NCBI RefSeq assembly: GCF_006345805.1
Contig: NW_021836648.1
Span: 1-23,570, forward strand
Direction: 5' to 3'
DNA length: 23,570 nucleotides
Source: Octopus sinensis
Taxonomy: Eukaryota
The notes below the pieces were generated by a model, which saw only the letters and a list, made by a program, of their open reading frames with translations, was not told where the DNA came from and ran no database searches. Positions 10,340 to 21,367 of this stretch are shown in pieces. The position numbers and the translations under genes were made by a program. How positions within the stretch are numbered: position 1 is the first letter of the stretch; each line of letters opens with the position of its first letter.

Positions 10340-10589
10340 GTAAAATTAATTAATTATAGAAGTAATCTAATAATTTCACCAAGTAGAATTCGGCATGAAA
10401 AAGACCATTTCTCGGTAAGCTTAAGTAATACTTTATAATTAGGGTTCAGCAAAGATTTGCTTTACCACATACCGAAGTTAGAAATAGCAGTCAAAAAGTA
10501 GAAGAAATAGCTAAGGTTTTTTTACGACTGATAATTAACTCAAACTTCGGTATTGTGTTAAAGCAAATATTTGCTGAACCCTAATTATA
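10340..10589. repeat. Structured repeat (homologous to 22410-22586) ending in a ~46-bp inverted duplication
   Basis: Arms 10434-10479 TATAATTAGGGTTCAGCAAAGATTTGCTTTACCACATACCGAAGTT and 10543-10589 (reverse complement, 2 mismatches plus 1 indel); embedded in (TA)n. Confidence 0.75.
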
Positions 10590-10621
10590 TATACATACAT
10601 ACATACATACATATATATATA

Positions 10622-10655
<34 letters not shown>

Positions 10656-10658
10656 CTA

Positions 10659-10691
<33 letters not shown>

Positions 10692-10755
10692 ATACATACA
10701 TAATACATATAGATAACTATTATATATATATATTAGAATAACACAATATAACTAC

Positions 10756-10813
<58 letters not shown>
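10590..10813. repeat. (TA)n-rich tract, mariner landing site
   Basis: Direct reading; continues at 12104-12160 on the far side of the mariner. Confidence 0.93.
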
Positions 10814-10814
<1 letters not shown>

Positions 10815-12103
10815 GAGGGGCGTTCAATAAGTAATGCCCCTGACCCACTTCCCATAGCAGTAGAGCAACGAAACTTGGCACAGTTATTAGTATTTTTCTA
10901 CATAGGAACCACCCAGTGTTACACATTTCTCCCATCGTTTGATGCAGCTCTGGAGAGCGATTTTTTAGAAAACCCCAGCTTGGTCCTCCAACCACGACGT
11001 AACTTCAGAAATCAAGGCTGCATCATCTGGGAAACGCTTTCCTTTCAAAAATAACTTCGTGGCTGGGAAGAGATGAAAATCAGAAGGTGCAAGGTCAGAA
11101 GAGTAAGAAGATGGGGGAGGAGTTCATAGCCGCACGTCTGTGCTTCTGATCTGGCGACACGCGAGTTGTGGACCGGAGCGTTGTCCTGCAGGAGGAGGAT
11201 GCATTTGCTGATCTTGCCCCGCCTCTCGATTTTGATAGCTTCTCTTAATTTCCTCAAAAGTGAAGCATAATAGGCCTGTAATGTGGTTACCCTTTGCCAG
11301 GAATCTGTCATCACTACTCTGTCCTGGTCCCAGAAGACTGTGAGCATGATCTTGCCAGCGGAGGCTGCACCCTTGCCTTCTTTGGAGGAGGTGAGTCACG
11401 GTGCTTCCACTGCATTGACTGGGCTTTGGTCTCTGGATCATAGTGATGGACCCAGGTTTCATCCTGTGTAATCAGTCTTTTGAAAAGTTTTGACTCATCT
11501 TCTTGGCATATCTCCAAATTCATCCTCGAGCACTCGACGCGTTCTTGCTTCTGGAAAGATGTGAGCAATCTGGGAATCCATCTGGCAGACACCTTTTGCA
11601 AATGCATATGGTCATGAATGATAGTTTCCACAGACCCGGTACTAATCTTGACCTCATGGACTATTTGGCGAATAGTTATGCGTCGATCTCCAAAATGGCA
11701 GCCTCAACTTGACGGACAGATGCCTCGTCAATGGCAGAAGGGGGGGGGCGACCAGATCTGGGAGCTGTTTCCACAGAGTTCCGACCATGTTTGAATTTAC
11801 GATGCCAGCGTTTTACAAGGTCATATGATGGAGCATCATCACCATAAGTTACTTTCATTTCATCAAAAGTCTCCCGTGGTGTGCGTCCTTTCAAATACAA
11901 AAACCGGATCACTGCTCGACATTCAACAGGCTCCATTTCACACTTGACTCAGTTCAAACACCTGTAAATCAGAAACCACAATTAGTTCAGAGCTGTAATT
12001 TGCCACTTCATCTATAGAAATATAAATAATTGTACATGCAAAATTTTAGCTAGATCAAACAACTACAAGTGGGTCAGAGGCATTGCTTATTGAACGTCCC
12101 TCG
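10814..12103 (-). mobile_element. Full-length mariner-like element (Tc1/mariner, DD34D, irritans-like), 1290 bp, inserted in a (TA)n tract
   Basis: 37-bp TIRs: 10814-10850 CGAGGGGCGTTCAATAAGTAATGCCCCTGACCCACTT vs reverse complement of 12067-12103 (3 mismatches). TA flanks both ends (10812-13, 12104-05). Length is typical of mariners, and a transposase lies inside. Confidence 0.95.
10887..11936 (-). pseudogene. Mariner transposase pseudogene (several frameshifts)
   Basis: Pieces in different frames join into a complete transposase: MEPVECRAVIRFLYLKG...RSGRP (HTH), ARWIPRLL (WVPHEL-like), LITQDETWVHHYDPE (D1), LLQDNAPVH (D2), YSSDLAPSDFHLF (YSPDLAPSD, D3; D2-D3 spacing 34 after restoring a 1-nt deletion), and C-terminus KRWEKCVTLGGSYVEKY* ending at 10887. 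Confidence 0.93.
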
Positions 12104-12125
12104 TATATATATATACACACACATG

Positions 12126-12162
<37 letters not shown>

Positions 12163-12174
12163 CATGATTATAGT

Positions 12175-12250
12175 GTGTGTTTGAGTTTGTGTTCTCCTCT
12201 CCCACTCACTGCTTGACAACCGGTGTTGGTTATTGATGTCCAGGAAACAT
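12175..12250 (+). mobile_element. SINE family B middle fragment
   Basis: GCTTGACAACCGGTGTTGGT matches GCTTGATAACCGATGTTGGT at 17021. Confidence 0.5.
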
Positions 12251-12623
12251 AGAAATTCGACATTTAATGGAATAAGCAACCCGTTGTGGTCCCCTTTACA
12301 TGACCGAAGTCCAGAGTCTAAATCCATTTGTAGAGTAAAATGATGATGTGACTGTGTGTGTGAATGGGTGCTTGTCCATATGAGTATTTGTATGTGTATC
12401 AGGCACGGCTAAATTCGAACCTGTTCACATTCCAAGTTCTACTCAAGAAGACAACGAATACAGTATTGTATTTGGGAGAAACAACTATAACGTTCTAGAT
12501 GGTAACACTGCCAATTCTCAAAGCTATAGCGGTTATTTCTTGGCCAGGAAGGACTCAGGCATTTCAAAGATACCTTTTTGGCCTTGAGACACAACTCTCT
12601 GCCATTATTATGTAAATGATTGA

Positions 12624-12628
<5 letters not shown>

Positions 12629-12676
<48 letters not shown>

Positions 12677-12690
12677 CTATCACCATCACC
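12629..12690. repeat. (ATC)n microsatellite
   Basis: Direct reading. Confidence 0.93.
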
Positions 12691-12954
12691 GCTCTCTCAC
12701 TCACAAGCACACACATATGTATACACACACACACATATATATACACACGCGTGCATAAATACATACAATATATGTATGTGTATATATATATATATATATA
12801 TATGAATGCATGTATGTATATATGTGTATGTGTCTGTCTGTGTGTTTAAATGTATTCATGGATATATGCATATATACTAGATTTTGTAATTTTAAACACA
12901 ACGTAAGTATAGGCGCCCATAGCTCTATAAATATACACATAGGATATGCCGATA

Positions 12955-12966
12955 CTATATATATAT

Positions 12967-13013
<47 letters not shown>

Positions 13014-13332
13014 TATATATATATATATATAGGTGGTGCTATTAAGTTAGACAATGGCCTGGGCCAATAATGGCCCCGAAACCTATCAAAGTATATATAT
13101 ATATATATATATGTATATGTATGTATGTGTGTGGTGTGTCTGTGTATTATATATATATATATATATAATATATATACATATATGTGTGTGTGTGTGTGTG
13201 TGTATATGTCGGCATATCTATGTGTATATTTATAGAGCTATGGGCGATATATATATATATATACATACATGCATATATATATACATATATATATATATAA
13301 TATATAGATATATATATATATATAGATATAAC

Positions 13333-13364
<32 letters not shown>

Positions 13365-13374
13365 CATATATAAT

Positions 13375-13408
<34 letters not shown>

Positions 13409-13515
13409 ATATATATAATATATACATATATATATATATATATATTCTATATATATATATATATATATATAGATATATATATATATATCTATATAATATT
13501 ATATATATATATATA
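12955..13515. repeat. Extended imperfect (TA)n region
   Basis: Direct reading. Confidence 0.9.
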
Positions 13516-14391
13516 AAACATATCACATGCACACCACTTCACGCTAAACGTATACAATACCTGCAGTCACCCATTTTACAGACAGCGACACATATAAACA
13601 GCAAGTATTATCGCTAAAGCCTGTTATTACCTTTACATTAATTCTTACAACTGGTATTAATGGTTTTATGTATTCTTTTTACATTCTGTTTCAATTTTGT
13701 TTTTGTTCTGATGTGTTTGTTTGTGTATGTGTGTCAATGTGAGTGAGCGTATGTGTGTGAGTCTGTGAGTGTGTGTATGTGTTTAGGAACTGTTTGTGTG
13801 TTTGTATTACTTTAACATTTTTCACACTGTTTTTAATGGACAGACCAATGGCTGGAATTTCGCCCATATTGTCTTCCTGTGTGGTCGATAGAATTTCATT
13901 ACCCTCAGTCGGTGCCATTGTGTCTGTTGGTTATGTTATATATTCCGACAGTCTAAGCAATTGGTTGATAGCTTCTGATAACGTTGTTACTCAGAAGCCT
14001 AGATTTAAGAAGAATCAAAATAAAAGATAAAAACTGGTTTCCTAGAAGATGCGCAATGTCACACATTTTGGGTGGGGAATAATAGTAGATTTAATTTACA
14101 CACACACACAAGCACACATACGCACGCATATTCGCGCGTACACACACATCGTTGTATATATACATACAAGTATTTGACATTAGATAAAATAAAAAGCAAG
14201 TCCGACAGAAGAGATTTGAAATCAAGGCGCAAATAAACAGCGCATAAAAACGGAAGACACTTTCTCTGTCGATTCTCTTATCCGAGCCCTGAAACATTTC
14301 TTGATGAAGACCAATTTCCGCGTCAAGTGAAGTTGAACAATGTTGCTACTTTTATTCTTTCATTGTATTACTGACAAGGCTTCCATATATC

Positions 14392-14595
14392 TTTCTCTTT
14401 TACTTGTTTCACTCATTGTACTGTGGTCATGCTGGGGCTACAGTCTTCAAAGATTTAGTGGAACGCAACAACACCAATGCTAATTTTTTTCATAGTCTAA
14501 TATTTATTCTAAGTTATGATAGGTCATGTGTACGTAATCAATTAACACCGGTTATCAAGCAGTGGCTGGATTATCATTGCGAACACTAACACAAC
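14392..14595 (-). mobile_element. SINE family B, 3' half (diverged)
   Basis: CTTTTACTTGTTTCACTCATT...CATGCTGGGGC...AACACCGGTTATCAAGC is the reverse complement of the family B tail and middle. Confidence 0.65.
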
Positions 14596-15010
14596 ACACA
14601 TACACACAACACACGCGCGTACAGTACATACATATATATATGGAAATTGGTGGACAAATATACGAGAGCCTGGTCTCTCTCTCTCTGTCTCTCTCTCTGT
14701 ATATGCAATATAAGAAAATTTTTAACATAAGTATGACAATATGTATAATACACATTTACAAAACTTATTTGTTCGGTAAAAAAAAATCTTCATTCACAGT
14801 TTGTCCTATGATATTTCCAATTTCTATCCAGCACTGAGAAACATCGGAGCAATATGCTTACGTTGCTTTAAAGCAGGGTGACTCAACCGGGATCGATATC
14901 GACCCTGAGCGTCCATATAAGATTTTTGGGGTCCACTGATGCACTATAGTAAATCGGGGGGTCCACTGTAATTTTTCAGAGACCATCAAAAAATTGTGCT
15001 TCAGACCAGT

Positions 15011-15176
15011 ATATGACGGGCTTCTTTCAGTTTCCGTCAACCAAATTCACTGACAAGGGTTTGGTCGACCCGAGGTTATAGTAGAAGACACTTCTCCAAG
15101 GTGCCAAGTAGTGGTATTAAACGCGGAATCATGTGGTTAAGAAGCAGACTTCTTACCACACAGCCACGCCTATGCA
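15011..15176 (-). mobile_element. SINE family B, 5' half
   Basis: GACGGGCTTCTTTCAGTTTCC...CCAAGGTGCCA...ACCACACAGCCAC is the reverse complement of the family B head. Confidence 0.8.
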
Positions 15177-15266
15177 TATAAATATATATATGTATGTGTG
15201 TGTCTGTCTGTCGTGTCTTTGTGTGTGCGTGTATATATATATATATATATATAATATATATATATA

Positions 15267-15314
<48 letters not shown>

Positions 15315-15378
15315 ATATATATATATACAATACATTATATATATATATATATATGTATTCTTATTTATATAATTATAT

Positions 15379-15447
<69 letters not shown>

Positions 15448-15610
15448 GAATATATATATATAATAATACATATATATATATATATATATATATTAATGTA
15501 TGTATATATATGTGTGTGTATGTGTGTGTGCGTGTGTGTTGTCCCTGTTTATATGTGTGTGTGTGTGTATGTATATATATATGCATGTATATCATATTAT
15601 ATTATATTGT
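15177..15610. repeat. Extended imperfect (TA)n/(TG)n region
   Basis: Direct reading. Confidence 0.9.
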
Positions 15611-16344
15611 ATCGTATACATTTACCTACGCGTCTGTGTATATATGCGTACGTGTTTACGTTCACCTTTCGGTGCGTTGCTTCACATCACATATATGTAC
15701 AACGGACGTACGCATGAATATTTCTACTTCATATTATCTGTAATTCCAATAAAAATCTATGAAGCTTCTCATCTGAGTTGCAGTGAAACCGGATAAAGCA
15801 GTGATGAGAAGTATACAGTAAGGAAATGAAGTATCAATAGATCGGATTACAAGGGTTGATCACCTGTGATCGAGTTGGCACTAGATTCTTAAATCCTACT
15901 CGCGGATTTTTAGCTGAAATCTGTGAAAAGCTGAGGTGACAGTAGATTTTGTAGGTGAAGTAGATATATGTAAGATATACGTAACGAAAGCAAGAAAAGT
16001 AAGAATAGAAGAATCGAAAAAAAAGGTAAAATAAGTAACAAATATGAAATTTCGAAATGTAATAATAATAATAATGCTAAGAATCCTCTATGCACGTAAT
16101 ACGCGTGTGTACACGAGTACAACATACATACATACATACATACATACATTACATACTCTCTCACACACACGACTATGAATACATATGTATATTCAAGTAC
16201 ATGTGTGTGAGAGAGAGAGTGAGAAGAAGAGAGAGAGAAAGAGTGTGAGCGTATTTGTGTGTATGTGTGTGTGTGTGTGTTTGTGCGTAAGTAAACATTT
16301 GTATATATGTTTATATGCGTATTTATGTAGTGGGTACAGAGGTG

Positions 16345-16500
16345 GGAAGAACAAGAAGAGGAAGGAGGAGGAAGGAGAAGAAGAAGAAGAAGAAGAAGAA
16401 GAAGAAGAAGAAGAAGAAAAAAGAAGAAGAAGAAGAAGAAGAAGAAGAAGGAAAAGAAGATGATGATGTTGATGATGATGATGATGATGATGATGATGCA
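16345..16500. repeat. (GAA)n then (GAT)n microsatellite
   Basis: Direct reading. Confidence 0.93.
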
Positions 16501-16748
16501 GAAGAATCGTGTGTGTATACACACATACATACATGCATATATATATACAGAGAGAGAGACACACACATACACATGCACATATATATATCGTTATATCTAT
16601 CTACATATATATATATGTTATATATATATATATATACATATATTATATATTTATTTTATATATATGTATGCATGTATGTATGTGAGTGTGTATGTATGTA
16701 TGTATGTATATATATATATATATATTGAGAGAGAGAGAGAGAGAGAGA

Positions 16749-16918
16749 GGGACGCAAGAGTGGCTGCGTGAAAAGAAACTTGCTTCCCAAGCACATTATT
16801 CTGGGTTCGGTCCCATTGCGTGGCACCTTGGGCAAATGTCTTCCACTATATCCTCGGGTCGACGAAAGCCTTGTGAGTGAATGGTAGAAGGAACTGAAAG
16901 AAGCCCGTCATATATATA

Positions 16919-16989
<71 letters not shown>

Positions 16990-17178
16990 CTGTGTATCTG
17001 TGTTTGGACCCCGCACTATCGCTTGATAACCGATGTTGGTGTGTTTACGTTACTGTAACTTTGCGGTTCGGCAAAAGAGACGACAGAATAAAGAATAAGT
17101 CCTGGAGTCGATTTGTTCAACTAAAGGCGGTGCTCCAGCACAGCCGCAATAAAATGACTGAAACAAGTAAAAGAATAA
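16749..17178 (+). mobile_element. tRNA-derived SINE, family B (CORE-like motif), with internal (TA)n
   Basis: A-box-like TGGCTGCGTG, B-box GGGTTCGGTCCC, CORE-like GGCACCTTGGGCAA, and tail GGCGGTGCTCCAGCA...AATGACTGAAACAAGTAAAAG shared with other copies in the window. Confidence 0.85.
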
Positions 17179-17219
17179 TATACACGCACACACTCACACA
17201 CACATACACACACACACAT

Positions 17220-17310
17220 ATATATTATATTATATTATATTATATTATTTTATATCATATTATATTATATAATATTATATTATATTATTTTATATTTTAT
17301 TATATTATAT
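17220..17310. repeat. (TATAT)n pentamer tract
   Basis: Direct reading. Confidence 0.85.
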
Positions 17311-17785
17311 TGTCTCCTTTGTTAGCTCATTAAGATAGTGCTTTTGTTGGCTATTGAGCTGTTTTGACTCTTATTTCTAGCAATATCGGTGCTGATTAGT
17401 GCCCTTGTTCACTTTCATGACTTTAAGTTGTAAAATTGTGAATTAGCCACCCATATTATTTATAATTTTCACTTTTACCGTTTTTGAAATCAGCGTATGA
17501 TCTCAACGGAAATTTTATAAGCTGACAAAACGCACTGAGTTTAACCTTAGGCTCGGGAGAGCCACTGATGAGAGTTAAGACGCATTAAGCATCCGAACGC
17601 GAAATCATCGGTGATTGGCTATATCTGTGACCATAGGGAGCTTGTCTCCCTTGCCAGCTCATTATGATCGCGCCTTTGCTGGCTCTTGAGTTGTTTTGAC
17701 TCTTATTGCTAGCAATATCGAAACTGACTTGTGCTCTTGTTCACTTTAGTGACGTATATATCTTTGCCTTTAGGCTGTAAAATTG
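17310..17785 (+). repeat. Direct repeat, period 332 nt (~1.4 units), hammerhead-containing; retrozyme or Penelope-like terminal repeat
   Basis: 17310-17421 aligns without gaps to 17642-17753 (about 93/112 identical by hand count), followed by TTTAAGTTGTAAAATTG / TTTAGGCTGTAAAATTG. The hammerhead core lies between the two copies. Confidence 0.75.
17560..17620 (+). ncRNA. Degenerate type I hammerhead ribozyme
   Basis: Stem I AGCCA (17560-64) / TGGCT (17616-20); CTGATGA (17565-71); stem II GAGTTAAGACGC-ATTAA-GCATCCGAACGC (8 of 12 pairs); GAAA (17601-04); stem III ATCA-TCGG-TGAT. The unpaired cleavage-site nucleotide appears to be missing. Confidence 0.65.
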
Positions 17786-17799
17786 AACGGAAGTATGGT

Positions 17800-17802
<3 letters not shown>

Positions 17803-17867
<65 letters not shown>
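17803..17867. repeat. (TG)n microsatellite
   Basis: Direct reading. Confidence 0.93.
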
Positions 17868-17971
17868 CTTTGTGCTTGTGTTTGTCCCCCATACACAAAC
17901 ACATACACACACACATGAACACGCTCGCACATACACACACATACACATATATATTTATGCATGTATGTATA

Positions 17972-18078
17972 TACGATGGGCTTCTTTTAGTTTCTCTTTA
18001 AGGCACTTGCCCAAGGTGTCACGCAGTGAGAATAAACGCAGAACCATGTGGTTGGGAAGCTGACTTCTTACCACACAG
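17972..18078 (-). mobile_element. SINE family B, 5' fragment with internal deletion
   Basis: GATGGGCTTCTTTTAGTTTC and CACTTGCCCAAGGTGTCACGCAGTG...AACCATGTGGTTGGGAAG...TTACCACACAG. Confidence 0.7.
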
Positions 18079-18679
18079 AGTGGTTTAAAAATGACCTTTG
18101 AAAGAATAAGCTCCTTATTTCGATTCCACTGTGTGACATCTCGGGCATGTATCTATTACCATAGATATGAGTCGATCGGAGCCTTTTAGATGAAATAACT
18201 TGGATGGACAGAAACTGTTATGAAGCCTGTCGAATGAATTCTACAAACAATTCTAAGGCACAGCTCTGTCGTGCCGTTTCCGCGTAAGTGGCCTTAGTCA
18301 GGGGATCTCCTGTATAATAAAACTATATAAGCCATGTATTCATACATAGTTCTTGTCCTGTGTTTACTTTTTCTCTCCACGCATTGTAACCTGTCTTCGC
18401 AACGTCACTTTCATTCGACGCCCTTTTGACAAATAAATGGAATCATCATCGTCACCATCGTCGTCATCATCATCATCATTGTCATCAACATCATCATCAT
18501 CATCACAACCACTACCACTCATTTCGGAAAGCACCGATTTGATGCTCTTAGGAATGCGCGCCAATCTACGAAATTGCATTGCATGTGAGTGTAGGACAAC
18601 CCCGTTTCCACCAACTAGAACAAAAACCCCTCGGACAAAACTCCACACGTTAAAGAGCGAAATATATCCCTCCCGGTTA

Positions 18680-20450
18680 TATTTAGCACACTTATCAAGG
18701 CCAAAGTCCATCCCGATGTCATTACTAAATTCTTTAACAGTTGTTAGCAGCCCTACTAGTTCTTCGTCATTACTAGCAAACAGCTTCACAGTGTCCATAT
18801 AAAACAGATGGTTTATTATCATATTGTAAACTTTGAACCCATACCAAGTGTTGTTTAGTTCGTTTGAGAGTGGGATCAGTGCTAATGGGGAGAGGGAAGT
18901 TACCTTGAAAGATGTCCATTTGATGTTGATATTGTTAGCTTGGCTCATCTCATTACTATGGTTTAGAAGGAAAAGTGTGTTCCACTTGGCCATGCTACCT
19001 TGTAAGAATTTGGAGATGACATGAGAGATCTTATATATCTCAAGGGCCTTGAGTATCCAATTACGTGTAACACTATCAAACGTATGAGTAATTGATCTTT
19101 GCACCCATAAGAATTCCTTTTACAGCCTTTTTTAAGCTTGTGGAAGGATAGATTTCTGTTCAAGGAAAGCGTATTTTCTATCAGTTGATATGGATGTATC
19201 TTGTAGATGGTGTTGAAACAGGTTAAGGGTCAGTAGTTCTTCTGATTTTTTGTGTTTCAGTTTTTGGTAGTAGGTATGTTGTACCTTCTGTCAGCCAGGC
19301 AGGTATTTGCTCTGTGTTCTGGATGACACCACTCAGAGATGCATCGAAATTTTGGTGAACTTTTGTCAGTTGATTTAGCCAGAAATTAGGAATTCGGTCC
19401 AGTCCTGGAGTTTTCTATTTGTGAAACTTCCTAAGAACACATCTTACCTCTTCTATTCCTATTGCCTCCCATTTCTACTCTTCAAATTCACCTAGTCTCA
19501 CTTTCTCACGCTCTATCCAGTCAGCTTTAGCATTTTTATTATTTTTGTTGCTTCATATCTTCTTCCAGAACTCTTCAATTTCTTCAGTCATTGGTGGCTT
19601 CTTTACTTCTATTTTCCTTTTGCCAATTTCCTTATAATATTTCTTTGCATCCGTCTTCAATATCTAGTTTTGTCGATAAAATTTAATTCGTTTGCCATAC
19701 CTTTTAAGCCGTTGGGCTCTCAGTTGTATTCGCTGTTACAATTGTTCCTTGGTTGCAGGGAGGTTTATAAAATCTTTGATTTTATACTTTTGCTTGATTT
19801 TTCTGGCTCGTTTCGTCTTAACATTTACACTTCTAGCAAGTTCATTGAGAACTAATACATCCGCCCGCAGACATTCAATTTCTTTTCGTATTGCTACTTT
19901 CCACTTAAGAGGTGTATTGACACGGCTGGTCTTTTTTTGTGTCATCCTGATACCCAGTTGAGCAGTTACAACTTTAGCGGTAGAATAGATGAGGTTATTT
20001 AAGATTGTTAGGTCATTTCCCTTATTAAGATCTGTCTAAGACCAACATTATATATCATGATTATGTTGTTATTTTTTATGCTGTTTGAAAACTTTGGTAG
20101 AGGTTCTCAATTGATGAATTTAGTGAACTCAGTCTTGCTGAGTTCTCTCATAAAATATTCATTTGCTTCTGTATCATACTTATTTTGATGTACTTAAGGT
20201 AGGTCTCCTTTCTTCTCTCTTCCCGCATATCTGTTCTTCGTTATTCTTTCTTCAGCTTCCTCGTTGGAATGCATTGCTCGTACACTGGGTTCCTCTGCAT
20301 CTGTTACCTATTTTATCTGCATTGTTGCTGTTTTCATTTGGTCTACAAAGAGATTATTTGTGTCCTAATTTGGCTAATTTCAGCGTCACTTTACCTTTTA
20401 TTCTTAACGATGCCTCAACGTTGATTACTTAATTTATTTGCGTCTATATA
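18680..20450 (-). mobile_element. Decayed non-LTR retrotransposon of the R4/Dong clade (partial ORF with reverse transcriptase), truncated at both ends
   Basis: Minus-strand motifs in order: YIDANKLSNQR*GIVKNKR*SDAEI (~20450-20370), PLKWKVAIRKEIECLRADV (~19910), K*KTPGLDRIPNFWL (~19410), IPAWLTEGTTYLLPK (~19300), YGCKDQLLI/FDSV (~19100, internal deletion), LSPLALIPLS, INHLFYMDTVKLFA (YMDD site degenerate, ~18800), DIGMDFGLDKCAK (~18690). Stops and frameshifts occur throughout, and no C-terminal restriction-like endonuclease is present. Confidence 0.88.
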
Positions 20451-20457
20451 CCAGCGT

Positions 20458-20542
20458 ATTGTTATTATTATTATAATTATAATTGTTGCTGTTGTTGTTA
20501 TTGTTGTCGCTGTCATTCTTCTTCTTCTTCTTTCTTCTTCTT

Positions 20543-20573
<31 letters not shown>

Positions 20574-20576
20574 TAA

Positions 20577-20619
<43 letters not shown>

Positions 20620-20698
20620 CATTATTATTATTATTATATTATTATTATTATTATTATTATTATATTATTATTATTATTATTATTAGAATTATCATTAA

Positions 20699-20731
<33 letters not shown>

Positions 20732-20761
20732 CATTATTATTATTATTACTACTATTATTAC

Positions 20762-20796
<35 letters not shown>

Positions 20797-20817
20797 GTAG
20801 TAGTAGTAGTAGTAGTA

Positions 20818-20850
<33 letters not shown>
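20458..20850. repeat. Compound trinucleotide array (ATT)n-(GTT)n-(CTT)n-(ATT)n-(TAG)n
   Basis: Direct reading; abuts the 5' end of the R4/Dong fragment. Confidence 0.95.
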
Positions 20851-20852
<2 letters not shown>

Positions 20853-21271
20853 ACAGCTTTGCATCACGAATGACTAGATGCTTGTATTCACTTGTGCCGG
20901 ATCCCCTGACTTCATTCCCTGCCCTTAGCTGGAGCTACACGTCGTCTAAAAACAGCCGTATTCTACATTTTCATTTATCTATTTATTTATTTATTTATTT
21001 ATTTATTTCCTTTAACCGTATTTTATCGGATGCGAGAAATGAAGACGACATTGTGCAGTATACTCGTACACTAATAATTGGGTGATGCTGTAGCTTAGAT
21101 AAGGAAAGCCAGATGACAAGTACTGTGAAATAGACTCACGAACTCCCTTCAAGAATGTTGAATACATGTGTAGGAAGTTTGCAACGTTATATTACACGTA
21201 CTGAGTTCATGGCATATACTCTTGTACATTGAGACAAACAAACGAAGATTTAGCATTGTACGTATGAAGTT

Positions 21272-21332
21272 TTATATATACATATGTACATTTATATATA
21301 TATACATACACGCACACACACACATACACACT

Positions 21333-21367
<35 letters not shown>

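Noticed and set aside
12503-12560. TAACACTGCCAAT resembling the 5' part of a twister ribozyme (TAACACTGCC also at 3064)
   Set aside because: The downstream P4 stem, the P2 partner (AGTG) and the GAGGG pseudoknot strand are absent.
13773-14030. Complex-sequence ORF that could be a host exon
   Set aside because: No recognisable domain in any frame; a real exon cannot be excluded without RNA-seq.
15910-16728. Poly-Glu/Lys/Asp/Ser ORFs
   Set aside because: Produced by (GAA)n/(GAT)n microsatellites.
18364-18679. C-terminal part of the 246-aa ORF as an RT fusion protein
   Set aside because: RT similarity stops after DKCAK; the rest is read-through into unrelated flank and a (GAT)n tract.
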